Shown here: in pieces, positions 8,210 through 17,238 of the stretch | Position numbering within the stretch: position 1 is the stretch's first letter | How the letters are laid out: each line of letters opens with the position of its first letter | Assembly: GCA_031401135.1 (NCBI GenBank) | Contig: JANNRF010000345.1 | Coordinates: 729-64,728 of the forward strand | Source: Deltaproteobacteria bacterium | GTDB taxonomy: Bacteria > Myxococcota_A > UBA9160 > UBA6930 | DNA: 64,000 bases | Reading direction: 5' to 3' | Made by a program: the position numbers and the translations under genes | The notes under the pieces: generated by a model | What the model was told of the DNA's origin: nothing | Database searches by the model: none | The model's input: the letters and a program-made list of their open reading frames with translations, nothing else

Positions 8210-10390
8210 ATGCGCACCACGCACCGCTCGCTGTGCCGCTTCTGCCACGCGCACTGCGCGGTAAAGGTCGACGTCGAAGACGGGCGTGTCGTCAAAGTGA
8301 TTGGGGACAAGGACGACCCGCTCTACGCGGGCTTCAGCTGCGCGAAGGGGCGCGAGGTGCCGCGGCAGATGGAGCACGCGCAGCGGTTGCTGCACTCGCA
8401 GCGCCGCCGCGCGGACGGCACGCACGAGCCGATCGCGAGCGCGCAGGCGATTCGCGAGATCGCCGAGCGAGTCCGGCGCATTCTCGACCGCGACGGCCCG
8501 CGCGCGATCGCGGCCTACACCGGCACGTACTCGTTCCCGTATCCGCCCACGCAGCCGATGGGCTGGGCGTTCATGGACGCGATCGGTTCGCCCATGCGCT
8601 TCACCTCGAACACGATCGATCAGCCGGGCAAGACGATCGCGCTCGCGATGCACGGCAGCTGGGGCGCGGGACCGCAAACCTTTGACGAAGCGGACACCTG
8701 GCTGTTGTTGGGGATCAACCCGCTGATCGCGATGAGCGGCGGCATCCCGAATACGAATCCCGCGAAGCAGCTGCACCAGGCGAAGAAGCGCGGGCTAAAG
8801 CTGATCGTGATCGATCCGCGCCGTACCGAGTGCGCCGAGCACGCGACGGTTCACTTGCAACCAAAGCCGGGCGAGGATCCGACGATTCTCGCGGGCCTCT
8901 TGCGCGTGATCCTCTGCGAAGGCCTGCACGACAAGCGCTTCGTCGACGAGAACGTGCGCGGTTTCGAGGCGCTGCGCGCTGCGGTCGAGCCCTTCACGCC
9001 TGAGTACGTGGCGCGCCGCGCCGACGTGCCCGCCGCGGAGCTGATCCGCGCCGCGCGCATCTTCGCCGCAGCGAAGCGCGGCTGCGCGAACGCGGGCACT
9101 GGCCCCAACATGGCGGGCCACGGCAACGTCACGGAGTACCTCTTGCTCGCACTGATTACGGTGTGCGGGCGCTGGCTGCGCGCCGGCGAGCGCGTGCCGA
9201 ACCCCGGCGCGCTGCTGCCGCAGTTCCCCGCAAAGGCGCAGGCGAACCCGCCGTGGCAAGCACACGGCTACGGCGAGCCGCTGCGCGTGCGCGGCTTCAC
9301 GGACGCTGCGTGCGGCCTCGCGACCGCCGCGCTCGCCGAAGAAATCCTGCAGGGCGGCCCGGGCCAGGTGAAGGCGCTGTTCGTGCTGGGCGGCAATCCC
9401 ATGCTCGCGTGGCCCGATCAGAAAAAGACGTACGACGCGATGCAGAAGCTCGAGCTGCTCGTCACGCTCGACATCAAGATGTCCGCGACGGCGCGGCTCG
9501 CTCATTATGTCGTCGCGCCGAGAGTCGGCTACGAGGTGCCAGGGCTCTCGCTGCCGAACGAGACGCTGAGCTTCTTCGGCGTCGGCTTCGGTTACACGCA
9601 GCCCTACGCGATGTACGCGCCGAAGCTGGTGGATCCGCCCGCGGGCTCGGACCTCATCGAGGACTGGGAGCTCTTCTACGGCCTCGCCCAACAACTGGGC
9701 AAGCAGCTGAAGCTCTCGTCGTCCTTCTCCTGGGGCCCGGCGGCGACCGAAGGCCCGACGCCGCTCGACATGCAGAACAAGCCCAGCACGGACGAACTCT
9801 ACGAGCTGCTTTGCAAAGGCTCGCGCGTTCCGCTCGACACCGTGAAGCAAGCCGGCCGCGGCGCGCTCTACCCCGACGCTTCGATCGTGGTGGCGGAGAA
9901 GGACGCCGGCTGGGAGGGCAAGCTCGACATCGGCAACGCCTACTTGTTGGGGGAACTCGAGGAGATCGCGCAAGAGCCGCTCGACCAAGGCACGCGCTTC
10001 GCATACCGCCTCGTCTCACGCCGCCTGCAAGACATCTACAACTCGAGCGGCCGCGACATCCCGCGCCTCACGCGCAAGTGGGCCTACAACCCGGCCTTCA
10101 TGAATCCCGCAGACCTCGAGAAGGAAGGCCTCGCGACTGGCGACACGATCGAAATCGCGAGCGACTACGAGCGCATCCTCGGTGTGGTCGAGAACGACCC
10201 GACCGTACGCGCCGGCGTCATCTCGATGGCGCACGCCTTCGGCGGCTTACCCGAGGAATCGCACAACGTACGCGGACTCGGCAGCAATACCGGCGCCCTA
10301 ATACCCGTAGATCGAGACTACGACCCGATCAGCGGCATCCCCCGCATGAGCGCGATCCCGGTGAACGTGACAAAGAACGCTGGAATGTGA
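8210..10390 (+). CDS. Molybdopterin-dependent oxidoreductase (DMSO reductase/formate dehydrogenase superfamily)
   Basis: ATG 8210. N-terminal Fe-S motif CRFCHAHCAVKV, 726 aa, C-terminal molybdopterin dinucleotide-binding-like region. Confidence 0.88.
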   Translation: MRTTHRSLCRFCHAHCAVKVDVEDGRVVKVIGDKDDPLYAGFSCAKGREVPRQMEHAQRLLHSQRRRADGTHEPIASAQAIREIAERVRRILDRDGPRAIAAYTGTYSFPYPPTQPMGWAFMDAIGSPMRFTSNTIDQPGKTIALAMHGSWGAGPQTFDEADTWLLLGINPLIAMSGGIPNTNPAKQLHQAKKRGLKLIVIDPRRTECAEHATVHLQPKPGEDPTILAGLLRVILCEGLHDKRFVDENVRGFEALRAAVEPFTPEYVARRADVPAAELIRAARIFAAAKRGCANAGTGPNMAGHGNVTEYLLLALITVCGRWLRAGERVPNPGALLPQFPAKAQANPPWQAHGYGEPLRVRGFTDAACGLATAALAEEILQGGPGQVKALFVLGGNPMLAWPDQKKTYDAMQKLELLVTLDIKMSATARLAHYVVAPRVGYEVPGLSLPNETLSFFGVGFGYTQPYAMYAPKLVDPPAGSDLIEDWELFYGLAQQLGKQLKLSSSFSWGPAATEGPTPLDMQNKPSTDELYELLCKGSRVPLDTVKQAGRGALYPDASIVVAEKDAGWEGKLDIGNAYLLGELEEIAQEPLDQGTRFAYRLVSRRLQDIYNSSGRDIPRLTRKWAYNPAFMNPADLEKEGLATGDTIEIASDYERILGVVENDPTVRAGVISMAHAFGGLPEESHNVRGLGSNTGALIPVDRDYDPISGIPRMSAIPVNVTKNAGM

Positions 10391-10474
10391 CGGACGACGA
10401 TGGGTCGCGGGAAAGGATGTCTGACAATTAGTCCGCCCCTTGCGTGGGAGCTGTAGCCGCGGCTCGCTTGGCGC

Positions 10475-10765
10475 GTGACTCAATCCTTCGGTGACGACAC
10501 AACGTCTGATCTCTACCGCGGCATCGCTTCTGCGCGCGTCAGACGACTCCCGTCGGCGATCGCACGGGCCGCAATCGGCAAGCCCGACATGCTCGACGCC
10601 GCAGAGCGTTTGATCGACCTGCAGTCGCCGCCCGGCAATCGACTGGAGTTGCTGGCCGGCCAATGGGCCGGGTGGTACAGCATTCGGGTCAATCGTCAGT
10701 GGCGTTTGGTCTTCCGCTGGACGGGACGCCACGCGCAGGCCGTGCGGCTCGTCGATTATCACTAG
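10475..10765 (+). CDS. higB: HigB-like toxin (RelE/ParE superfamily, plasmid maintenance killer type)
   Basis: 96 aa, GTG start. C-terminal YSIRVNRQWRLVFRW...VRLVDYH, typical of HigB. An HTH antitoxin gene follows 17 nt downstream. Confidence 0.85.
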   Translation: MTQSFGDDTTSDLYRGIASARVRRLPSAIARAAIGKPDMLDAAERLIDLQSPPGNRLELLAGQWAGWYSIRVNRQWRLVFRWTGRHAQAVRLVDYH

Positions 10766-10781
10766 AGCACGCGAGGTTCCA

Positions 10782-11069
10782 ATGCGCCCCATTCAACGCA
10801 TCCCGACGCATCCGGGCGAAGTGCTTGACGAGGAGTTTCTGCGCCCGCTCGGGCATTCGGCGTCGGCGTTCGCCACCCACCTGCGCATCTCTGCGAGAAG
10901 CGTCCGCGAGATCGTTCGCGGACGGCGCCGCGTCACGCCAGAGACGGCGTGGCTCCTCTCTCAGGCGCTCGGAACCACTCCCGAGTTCTGGTTGAACCTG
11001 CAGAACGCGCACGATCTCGTCGCTCGCCGCCCGAAGCGCACGGTGAAGCGCCTGAAGAGAGCTTCGTAG
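10782..11069 (+). CDS. higA: HigA antitoxin (XRE-type HTH)
   Basis: 95 aa. PTHPGEVLDEEFLRPLG...LRISARSVREIVRGRRRVTPETAWLLSQALGTTPEFWLNLQ. Confidence 0.88.
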   Translation: MRPIQRIPTHPGEVLDEEFLRPLGHSASAFATHLRISARSVREIVRGRRRVTPETAWLLSQALGTTPEFWLNLQNAHDLVARRPKRTVKRLKRAS

Positions 11070-11073
11070 CTCG

Positions 11074-13512
11074 TTACGTCAACACGCCCTTCGCCGCGAG
11101 CGCCGCGATCTTCTCCGCGCTGTAGCCGAGCACTTCCGTCAGCACGAACTCGTTGTCGCGGCCGAAGTGAATCGCGGCCTTCGGACGCAGCGGCTCGAGT
11201 TCGCTCAGCTTGATGCGGCCGCTCTCGACGAAGGTGGTCTGGTAGATCGAGTGTTCGCACTCGATCCAGTGGTCGCGATGCTGCATCTGCGGGCAGGCGT
11301 AGAGGCCCGCGGTGTCGAGCGCTTCGTGCGCGGGCACGCCGCGGGCTTGCAACGCCTGTTCGATCGCGCCCGGCTCGCGCTCGGCGCACCACGCGACGAC
11401 GGCTGTCGTCACGAGCGCTCGCTCGCCGCGTCGAGGGATTAGGTCCGCGCGCTGCATCTCGGCGCACAGCTCGCGCCAGTCGCGGTCGTCGCGCACCGCG
11501 ATCGCAACCCAGCGGTCTCTGCCTGCGCACGCGAACACGCCGTGCGGGAAGTAGTTCTCGTCCTCGTTGGCGTTGCCGCGCAGCACGTGGCCGTTCACAC
11601 TGAAATCGAGGTAACCGGGTGCGGCGAAGTGCAGGGCGCTCTCGGCTTGCGATTGGTCGATGCGCTGGCCGCGGCCGCTGCGGCGTTGCTCGTCGATCGC
11701 GCCTAACAGCGCGAGCGCGTTGTACCGCACGGCAATGAAGTCGGTGTACGCCGCCCACGGGCCGGACGGGATGCCGCCGGGCTCGGCGGCGAGAGTCATG
11801 TAACCCGTAACAGATGCGGCCAAGTTCCCGAAGCCGGTGAAGCTTCGCCACGGTCCGGTCTGCCCCATCAGGCAGCTTTCGAGCAGGATCGCGCGCGGGT
11901 TCAACTCGTGGATCGTTTCCCAGCCGAGACCGAGCTTGTCGAGCACGCCCGGGCCGAACGAATCCGTAATCACATCGGCCCAGCGCACGAGATCGAGAAT
12001 CGTCTCGCGGCCTTCGGGCATGTGCATGTCGATCGCAACGCCGAGTTTGTTGGCGTTCGCGCTCTGGAAACCCCCAGCGCCTTCGGGGTGCGGGTTCGAG
12101 AACTGATACGGCGTGATCACGCGTAGCGTGTCGATGTGCTTGCTCGATTCGACGTGCACCACGGTGGCGCCGTAATCAGCGAGCACGCGCGTCGCGCCGG
12201 GGCCGGCGAGCACCCAGAACAGGTCGAGCACCTTGAGGCCCTCGAAAGGCAGTTTGCCGTGGTGGCCCTCGCCGGCGTGGATCACCTCGACAGGCGCCTC
12301 GTCGATCGAGAGCGGCTTCCTGCGCGGATCGCTGCGCACTTCCTGCGTGTGCTCGCCGAGCCGCGGCGCGCGGCGCGTGAACTGCAGCGGCGTTTCTGAG
12401 AACTTCGCCCACGGTCCCGGGTGCGCGACGGGCGTGCTGTCGAGCGGGCTCGGCAGCTTCACCGCGAACTCGCGTGCCGCGAGCTGCGGGCTGCTCGCGA
12501 TCTCGCCGAGGTCGAACACCGGTGCGACGAGCATGCGCCGCTTCACGGATTGCTCCATCAACTCGGCGTTCGTCTTGGTGATGAAGAACTCACGCAGGGC
12601 ATTGTCGACGGGTTCGTAGGCCGTCTCGGGCAGCGCACCTTGGGCAATGCGAATCGCGAAGGTGTTCCAGTCTTGATCGACGAGCGCCGGATCGCAGCGG
12701 CCCTCCTCGACCAGCCAGCCCAATAAGCGCTTCATGAAGTGACCGGTGGACGGCAAGAACGCCGGGCCGAGTACGACCCAACCGTTGGCGGTCGGGTAGC
12801 GCGTACGCAGGAACGCGCCCTTGATGAACACGCCTCCCGAGATTCGGCGTGCGGGCACCTCTCCGATCGCGACGTCGAGCGCGCGAAATTGCGTCGCGAG
12901 CGTCGTCGAATGCTGCATCGCGACATCGACGTGCTGCCCGCGCCCGCTCTGCGCGCGCGCGAAGTGCGCGATCAGCGCGCCGAGCGCGCCGTCGGCCGAG
13001 GCGTGCAGCCCGGCCTGGGGGATCGCGACACGTAGCGGCCGGCCGTCGGATTCGCCTGATAAGAAGAGCGTGCTGCCCGCGGCGAGGCCAATTAGGTCTG
13101 TCGCGGCGTAGTGCGCCTTCGGGCCGTCTTGTCCGAACGCGCTGATCGAGACGTAGATCAGCGCGGGGTTCGTCAACACGAGATCGGCATAGCCGAGGCC
13201 GAGCGCGGCCATCTGCCCCGGCGCCGCGCTCTCGATCAAGAAGTCCGCGCCAAGCGCGAGGCGCTTCAACTCGTCGCGATCCGCCTGCGCGTCGAGATCG
13301 AGCACTGCGCTGCGCTTGCCGCGCGCCCACGCCCACCAGGTGAGCGAGCGCTCAGCGTCGCGCAGATCGCCCGCGAACGGGCCGCGCTTTCGCGCGCTCG
13401 AACCGCCGGGCGGCTCGATCGCGATTACGTCGCAGCCGAGGTCCGCGAGCAGTTGCCCGCACAAGATTCCGTCTTCGTTCGCGAGGTCGAGTACACGGTA
13501 CGGGCGCAACAT
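11074..13512 (-). CDS. Fused tandem family III CoA-transferase (two CaiB/BaiF domains in one 812-aa protein)
   Basis: Two copies of the N-terminal signature: YRVLDLANEDGILCGQLLADLGCDVIAIE, and LKVLDLFWVLAGPGATRVLADYGATVVHVE about 430 aa later. Confidence 0.88.
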   Translation of the reverse strand: MLRPYRVLDLANEDGILCGQLLADLGCDVIAIEPPGGSSARKRGPFAGDLRDAERSLTWWAWARGKRSAVLDLDAQADRDELKRLALGADFLIESAAPGQMAALGLGYADLVLTNPALIYVSISAFGQDGPKAHYAATDLIGLAAGSTLFLSGESDGRPLRVAIPQAGLHASADGALGALIAHFARAQSGRGQHVDVAMQHSTTLATQFRALDVAIGEVPARRISGGVFIKGAFLRTRYPTANGWVVLGPAFLPSTGHFMKRLLGWLVEEGRCDPALVDQDWNTFAIRIAQGALPETAYEPVDNALREFFITKTNAELMEQSVKRRMLVAPVFDLGEIASSPQLAAREFAVKLPSPLDSTPVAHPGPWAKFSETPLQFTRRAPRLGEHTQEVRSDPRRKPLSIDEAPVEVIHAGEGHHGKLPFEGLKVLDLFWVLAGPGATRVLADYGATVVHVESSKHIDTLRVITPYQFSNPHPEGAGGFQSANANKLGVAIDMHMPEGRETILDLVRWADVITDSFGPGVLDKLGLGWETIHELNPRAILLESCLMGQTGPWRSFTGFGNLAASVTGYMTLAAEPGGIPSGPWAAYTDFIAVRYNALALLGAIDEQRRSGRGQRIDQSQAESALHFAAPGYLDFSVNGHVLRGNANEDENYFPHGVFACAGRDRWVAIAVRDDRDWRELCAEMQRADLIPRRGERALVTTAVVAWCAEREPGAIEQALQARGVPAHEALDTAGLYACPQMQHRDHWIECEHSIYQTTFVESGRIKLSELEPLRPKAAIHFGRDNEFVLTEVLGYSAEKIAALAAKGVLT

Positions 13513-13612
13513 CGGCGCATTCTTTCACAACCTGGGCGCAAGTGGGGTTGCGTTCGTGGCGCGGCGCGAAACGCGCAGCGTCCGCCCAGCCCACCGCCTA
13601 TCGTGCCGCGCC

Positions 13613-14569
13613 ATGCACATCACTTTCCCCGCTGCGAAACGCGTCCGCTTGCCAGAAGTCACGCTCGAAGTGCACGAGGCGGGCAGCGGGCCGGCGGTGG
13701 TGATGTGCCACGGCTTCCCCGAACTCGCCTATTCGTGGCGTTATCAGGTGAACGCGCTCGCCGCCGCGGGCTTCCGCGCGATCGCGCCGAACCAGCGCGG
13801 CTACGGCGGGAGCGATGCGCCGGCCGCGATCGATGCCTATTCGCTCGATCACCTGTGCGACGACATGGCGCGCTTGCTCGACGCGCTCGGCATCGATCAG
13901 GCCGTGTTCGCCGGCCACGATTGGGGTGGCTTCGTCTCCTGGGGCATGACGCTGCGGCACCCGGATCGCTGTCTCGGCGCGATCGGCGTGAACACGCCCT
14001 ACATGGCGTTCCCCACCACCGAGCAGCTGCGCGCCGTCTTCAAGGACGACGAGAAGCTCTACATCCTGTGGTTCCAACAACCGGGCGTCGCGGAAGGCGT
14101 AATGGATCGCGAGCCGCGGCTGGTGTTCGAGAAGCTGATGCGGCGCGCCAGCGGCCCCGCCAGCGGCTTGTTATTCCGCGGCGACGCGCCGATCGACGCG
14201 AACCCGTTCCGCCGGCTCGCGGAGATGCAGCCGATGGGCTCGCCGCTGCTCAGCGAGGAAGAGCTCGGCGTCTACACGCGCGCGTTCCAGCAATCCGGCT
14301 TTCGCGGCGGCATCAACTGGTATCGCAACGCCGACAAGGACAAGCGCGTGCTGCCGGGGCTCGGTGTCGAGAAGCTGACGCTGCCGTGCCTGATGGTGAC
14401 GGCGTCGTGGGACGGAGCGCTGCCGCCTCAAGCCGCGGCGGGGATGCGGGCGCTCTGCAGCGATCTCGAAGTGCGCGAGCTCGCCTGCGGGCACTGGACC
14501 CAACAAGAGCAGCCAGCAGCGCTCGCGCGCGTGATGATCGACTGGCTGCGCCGCAGAGTGGTGGGCTGA
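13613..14569 (+). CDS. Alpha/beta hydrolase, epoxide-hydrolase-like
   Basis: ATG 13613. HGFPELAYSWRYQ (HGxP oxyanion motif), GHDWGG nucleophile elbow, C-terminal CGHWTQQE. Confidence 0.88.
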   Translation: MHITFPAAKRVRLPEVTLEVHEAGSGPAVVMCHGFPELAYSWRYQVNALAAAGFRAIAPNQRGYGGSDAPAAIDAYSLDHLCDDMARLLDALGIDQAVFAGHDWGGFVSWGMTLRHPDRCLGAIGVNTPYMAFPTTEQLRAVFKDDEKLYILWFQQPGVAEGVMDREPRLVFEKLMRRASGPASGLLFRGDAPIDANPFRRLAEMQPMGSPLLSEEELGVYTRAFQQSGFRGGINWYRNADKDKRVLPGLGVEKLTLPCLMVTASWDGALPPQAAAGMRALCSDLEVRELACGHWTQQEQPAALARVMIDWLRRRVVG

Positions 14570-14574
14570 GCGCG

Positions 14575-15630
14575 ATGCCGGGCCAGTTATTGATCTACGG
14601 CGCGACGGGTTACACGGGCAAGCTGTTCGCCGCTCACGCTGCCGCGCTTGGCCTCGCGCCGATCCTCGCGGGCCGCAATGCAAACACGGTGAAGGCGATC
14701 GCGGCGCAGCACGGGCTCGAAGCGCGCGTCGCCGCGATCGACGACGCGAGTGCGCTGCGCGGCATTCTCGAAGGGGTCAGCTGCGTGCTGCACGCGGCGG
14801 GTCCGTTCTCTGCGACCGCGCGGCCAATGCTCGAGGCTTGCCTCGCGGCGCGCGCGCACTACCTCGATGTCACCGGCGAAATCCCGGTCTTCGAGCTGTG
14901 CGAATCATTAGGGGCGCGTGCGCGCGAAGCCGACGTGATGCTGATGCCCGGCGTCGGCTTCGATGTCGTGCCCAGCGACTGTCTCGCCGCGCACGTAGCA
15001 GCGCGCGTGCCGGAGCCGCACACGCTGCGCATCGCGATCGACGCGATGGGCACACCCACACGTGGCACTGCGAAGACGAGCATCGAGATGATGGGCGTGG
15101 GCTGCCTGGTGCGGCGCGCGGGGCGCATCGTCGCGCTGCCGCCTGGTTCGCTGCAGCGCGATTTCGATTTCGGCTTCGGACCGACGCGCTGCGCCGGCGC
15201 GCCGCTCGGCGATCTCGTCACGGCTTGGCACGCGACGCGCGCGGAGAACATCGAGGTGTATCTGCGCGCGGGGTTCGGGATGCGCAGCATGCTGCGCGCG
15301 AGCGGCCCGCTCGGCCCGCTATTGCGGTTGCGCAGCGTGCAGCGCGGCTTCCAGCGCCTAATCAATGCGATGCCTGAGGGTCCAACCGAAGCAGAGCGCA
15401 CGGGGCTGCGCGGGCACATCGTTGCGGAGGCGATCGGCGCGGGCGGAGAATCTGCGCGCGCGCGGCTCGATACGCCCAGCGGCTATCAACTCACGATGCT
15501 CGCGGGCGTCGAGATCGCGCGGCGCGTGCTCGCGGGTGAAGGCAAGCCCGGTTATCAGACGCCAGCCACCGCGTTCGGCGCGGACTTCATCCTCGGGCCC
15601 GGCCTCAGCTGCGTGCGCACGGACGACTGA
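14575..15630 (+). CDS. Saccharopine-dehydrogenase-like NAD(P)-binding protein
   Basis: ATG 14575 inside track ORF 13111..15630. LLIYGATGYTGKL Rossmann motif. Confidence 0.8.
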   Translation: MPGQLLIYGATGYTGKLFAAHAAALGLAPILAGRNANTVKAIAAQHGLEARVAAIDDASALRGILEGVSCVLHAAGPFSATARPMLEACLAARAHYLDVTGEIPVFELCESLGARAREADVMLMPGVGFDVVPSDCLAAHVAARVPEPHTLRIAIDAMGTPTRGTAKTSIEMMGVGCLVRRAGRIVALPPGSLQRDFDFGFGPTRCAGAPLGDLVTAWHATRAENIEVYLRAGFGMRSMLRASGPLGPLLRLRSVQRGFQRLINAMPEGPTEAERTGLRGHIVAEAIGAGGESARARLDTPSGYQLTMLAGVEIARRVLAGEGKPGYQTPATAFGADFILGPGLSCVRTDD

Positions 15631-15708
15631 CGAAGTTCCGCGCGCCTCGCCTCGCGCGCCGCACTCCTTCGCGCCGCTCGGGGCGCAACCACAGGAAAGA
15701 GGAAGCCG

Positions 15709-16560
15709 ATGCTCGACGCGGCGGCGATTTCACTCGCAGGCAAGGCTGCGGTTGTTACGGGCGGCGGCGCCGGCATCGGACGAGCGATCGCGGAGACGCT
15801 CGCGGCGTGCGGCGCGGCGGTGGTCGTTGCGGAGAAGGACGCAGCGCGCGCCCGGGAGGTCGTGAGTGCGATCACGGCGCGCGGTGGCCGTGCGCTCGCG
15901 GTGGTCGGAGATGTCACCGAGCAGGACGCGGTGGACGCGCTCGCGCTCGCGGCGCAGGAGGCCTACGGCCGCGTCGACGTGCTCGTCAACAACGTCGGCG
16001 ACTGGCTCGGCTTCTCGAACCCATTCGTCGAGAGCACGGACGAGCAGTGGCGGAAACTCTTCGACGCGAATCTCGGCGCCGCGCTGCGCTGCACGCGCGC
16101 GCTCGCGCCCCTAATGATTCGGCAAGGCGCGGGCGGCAGCATCATCAACCTGACTACGATCGAGGCGCACCGCGGCATACCGGGCAACGTGATCTACTCG
16201 ACGTTCAAGGCGGCGACCGAGGGCTTCACACGCAGCCTCGCGCTGGAACTCGGACCCGCGCGCATTCGCGTGAACTGCGTCGCGCCCGAGACGACCGACA
16301 CGCCGCAAGTGCCGATGATGCGCTGGCTGCCCGAGGAGATGAAGGCCCGCATCCCGTACTGGATCCCGCTCGGCCGCTTCGGAACCCCCGACGATCTCGC
16401 GGGCGCCGCACTGTTCCTCGCGAGCGACCTCTCGGCGTGGGTCACGGGCACGACGCTGCACGTGAACGGCGGCGCGCTCGCTGCGGCGGGCTGGTACCGC
16501 ACGCCGAAGGGCGGCTGGACGAACACGCCAGTTGTTACGGGCGGCGGGCTCGGAGGCTGA
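15709..16560 (+). CDS. SDR-family oxidoreductase
   Basis: 283 aa. VVTGGGAGIGRA cofactor motif, NNVG, YSTFK catalytic motif. Confidence 0.9.
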   Translation: MLDAAAISLAGKAAVVTGGGAGIGRAIAETLAACGAAVVVAEKDAARAREVVSAITARGGRALAVVGDVTEQDAVDALALAAQEAYGRVDVLVNNVGDWLGFSNPFVESTDEQWRKLFDANLGAALRCTRALAPLMIRQGAGGSIINLTTIEAHRGIPGNVIYSTFKAATEGFTRSLALELGPARIRVNCVAPETTDTPQVPMMRWLPEEMKARIPYWIPLGRFGTPDDLAGAALFLASDLSAWVTGTTLHVNGGALAAAGWYRTPKGGWTNTPVVTGGGLGG

Positions 16561-16605
16561 GCGGGCGCTGCGCGCCTGCAGCTACCGCGTTGACTGCGCT
16601 CGGCT

Positions 16606-16680
16606 CACGCGAGCCCAGGGCTCGCGTGGCCTCGCTGCGCGCGGCGAAGCGCCGCTTGCTCGGAATCGGCGCTTCGCCGC
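16606..16680. terminator. Two adjacent hairpins between convergent genes; the second is built on the REP-like repeat
   Basis: First hairpin: CACGCGAGC / GCTCGCGTG (16606-16614 / 16620-16628). Second hairpin: GCGGCGAAGCGCC / GGCGCTTCGCCGC (16641-16653 / 16668-16680). Confidence 0.5.
16631..16660 (+). repeat. REP-like intergenic repeat, copy 1 (CTCGCTGCGCGCGGCGAAGCGCCGCTTGCT)
   Basis: The 30-nt string is identical to 40421-40450. Its first 20 nt are identical to 62728-62747. Confidence 0.7.
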
Positions 16681-16692
16681 ACGGGAGCGGAG

Positions 16693-17220
16693 TCAGTTCA
16701 GCTGAGACCCCGCACTCGGCGCCGGTGCGGTCTGCGGCAACTCCAGAGCGAGATCCCACTGCGCCTGCGCCGCGGCCTGATGCAGCAGCTTCATCAGAGA
16801 GTGGATCAGCAGTGCGTCGAGGTTGAGCGTGAGGCCGCGTCCCTGTTGTGTGTGCATCGCAAGCAGCGGCCGGCCATCGGGCGCGCGCATGCCCTGCACG
16901 CGCGCCAGTAACAGCGGCGCGTCGCCGAGCGGCATCTCGGCGCCAGTGGGCGCGAACGGCTTCGAGAAGTCGGCCTGCTTCACGGCTTCTGCGTGCTCCA
17001 TCTCCACGAGCGCCTTGCGCGCCTCCGGGCTAACTCGCTCGGGCGACTGTTGGACTACGGGGTTCGCCAGCTCGGCGAGGCTGCGCAGCGCGGGCCATAA
17101 CAGGCGCAGATAGCGGCGCGTCAGCCAGAAACGCAGTTCCGCGCCCTCGCTGGTCGCGATCCGCAGCCGCAGCCGGTCCTCCTCGGCGACGAAATCAACG
17201 CTCACTTGGTGGATGCGCAT
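16693..17220 (-). CDS. Hypothetical protein (last gene of a four-gene minus-strand cassette)
   Basis: 175-aa ORF with normal codon bias, 18 nt downstream of the lipase gene. No motif recognised. Confidence 0.6.
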   Translation of the reverse strand: MRIHQVSVDFVAEEDRLRLRIATSEGAELRFWLTRRYLRLLWPALRSLAELANPVVQQSPERVSPEARKALVEMEHAEAVKQADFSKPFAPTGAEMPLGDAPLLLARVQGMRAPDGRPLLAMHTQQGRGLTLNLDALLIHSLMKLLHQAAAQAQWDLALELPQTAPAPSAGSQLN

Positions 17221-17238
17221 GTGTGGGCCGCCTCGAGC

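Noticed and set aside
10298-10792. The 164-aa ORF antisense to higB.
   Set aside because: It fully overlaps the well-supported higB gene on the opposite strand and has no recognisable motif.
13111-14574. N-terminal extensions of several track ORFs: 13111..15630, 13316..14569, 4392..5774, 7856..10390, 21485..22525, 40449..41654 and 54955..56235.
   Set aside because: Family-like sequence begins only at an internal start codon. That start often has an SD-like motif or a stop-start overlap with the preceding gene. The extensions overlap neighbouring genes and look like composition artefacts.
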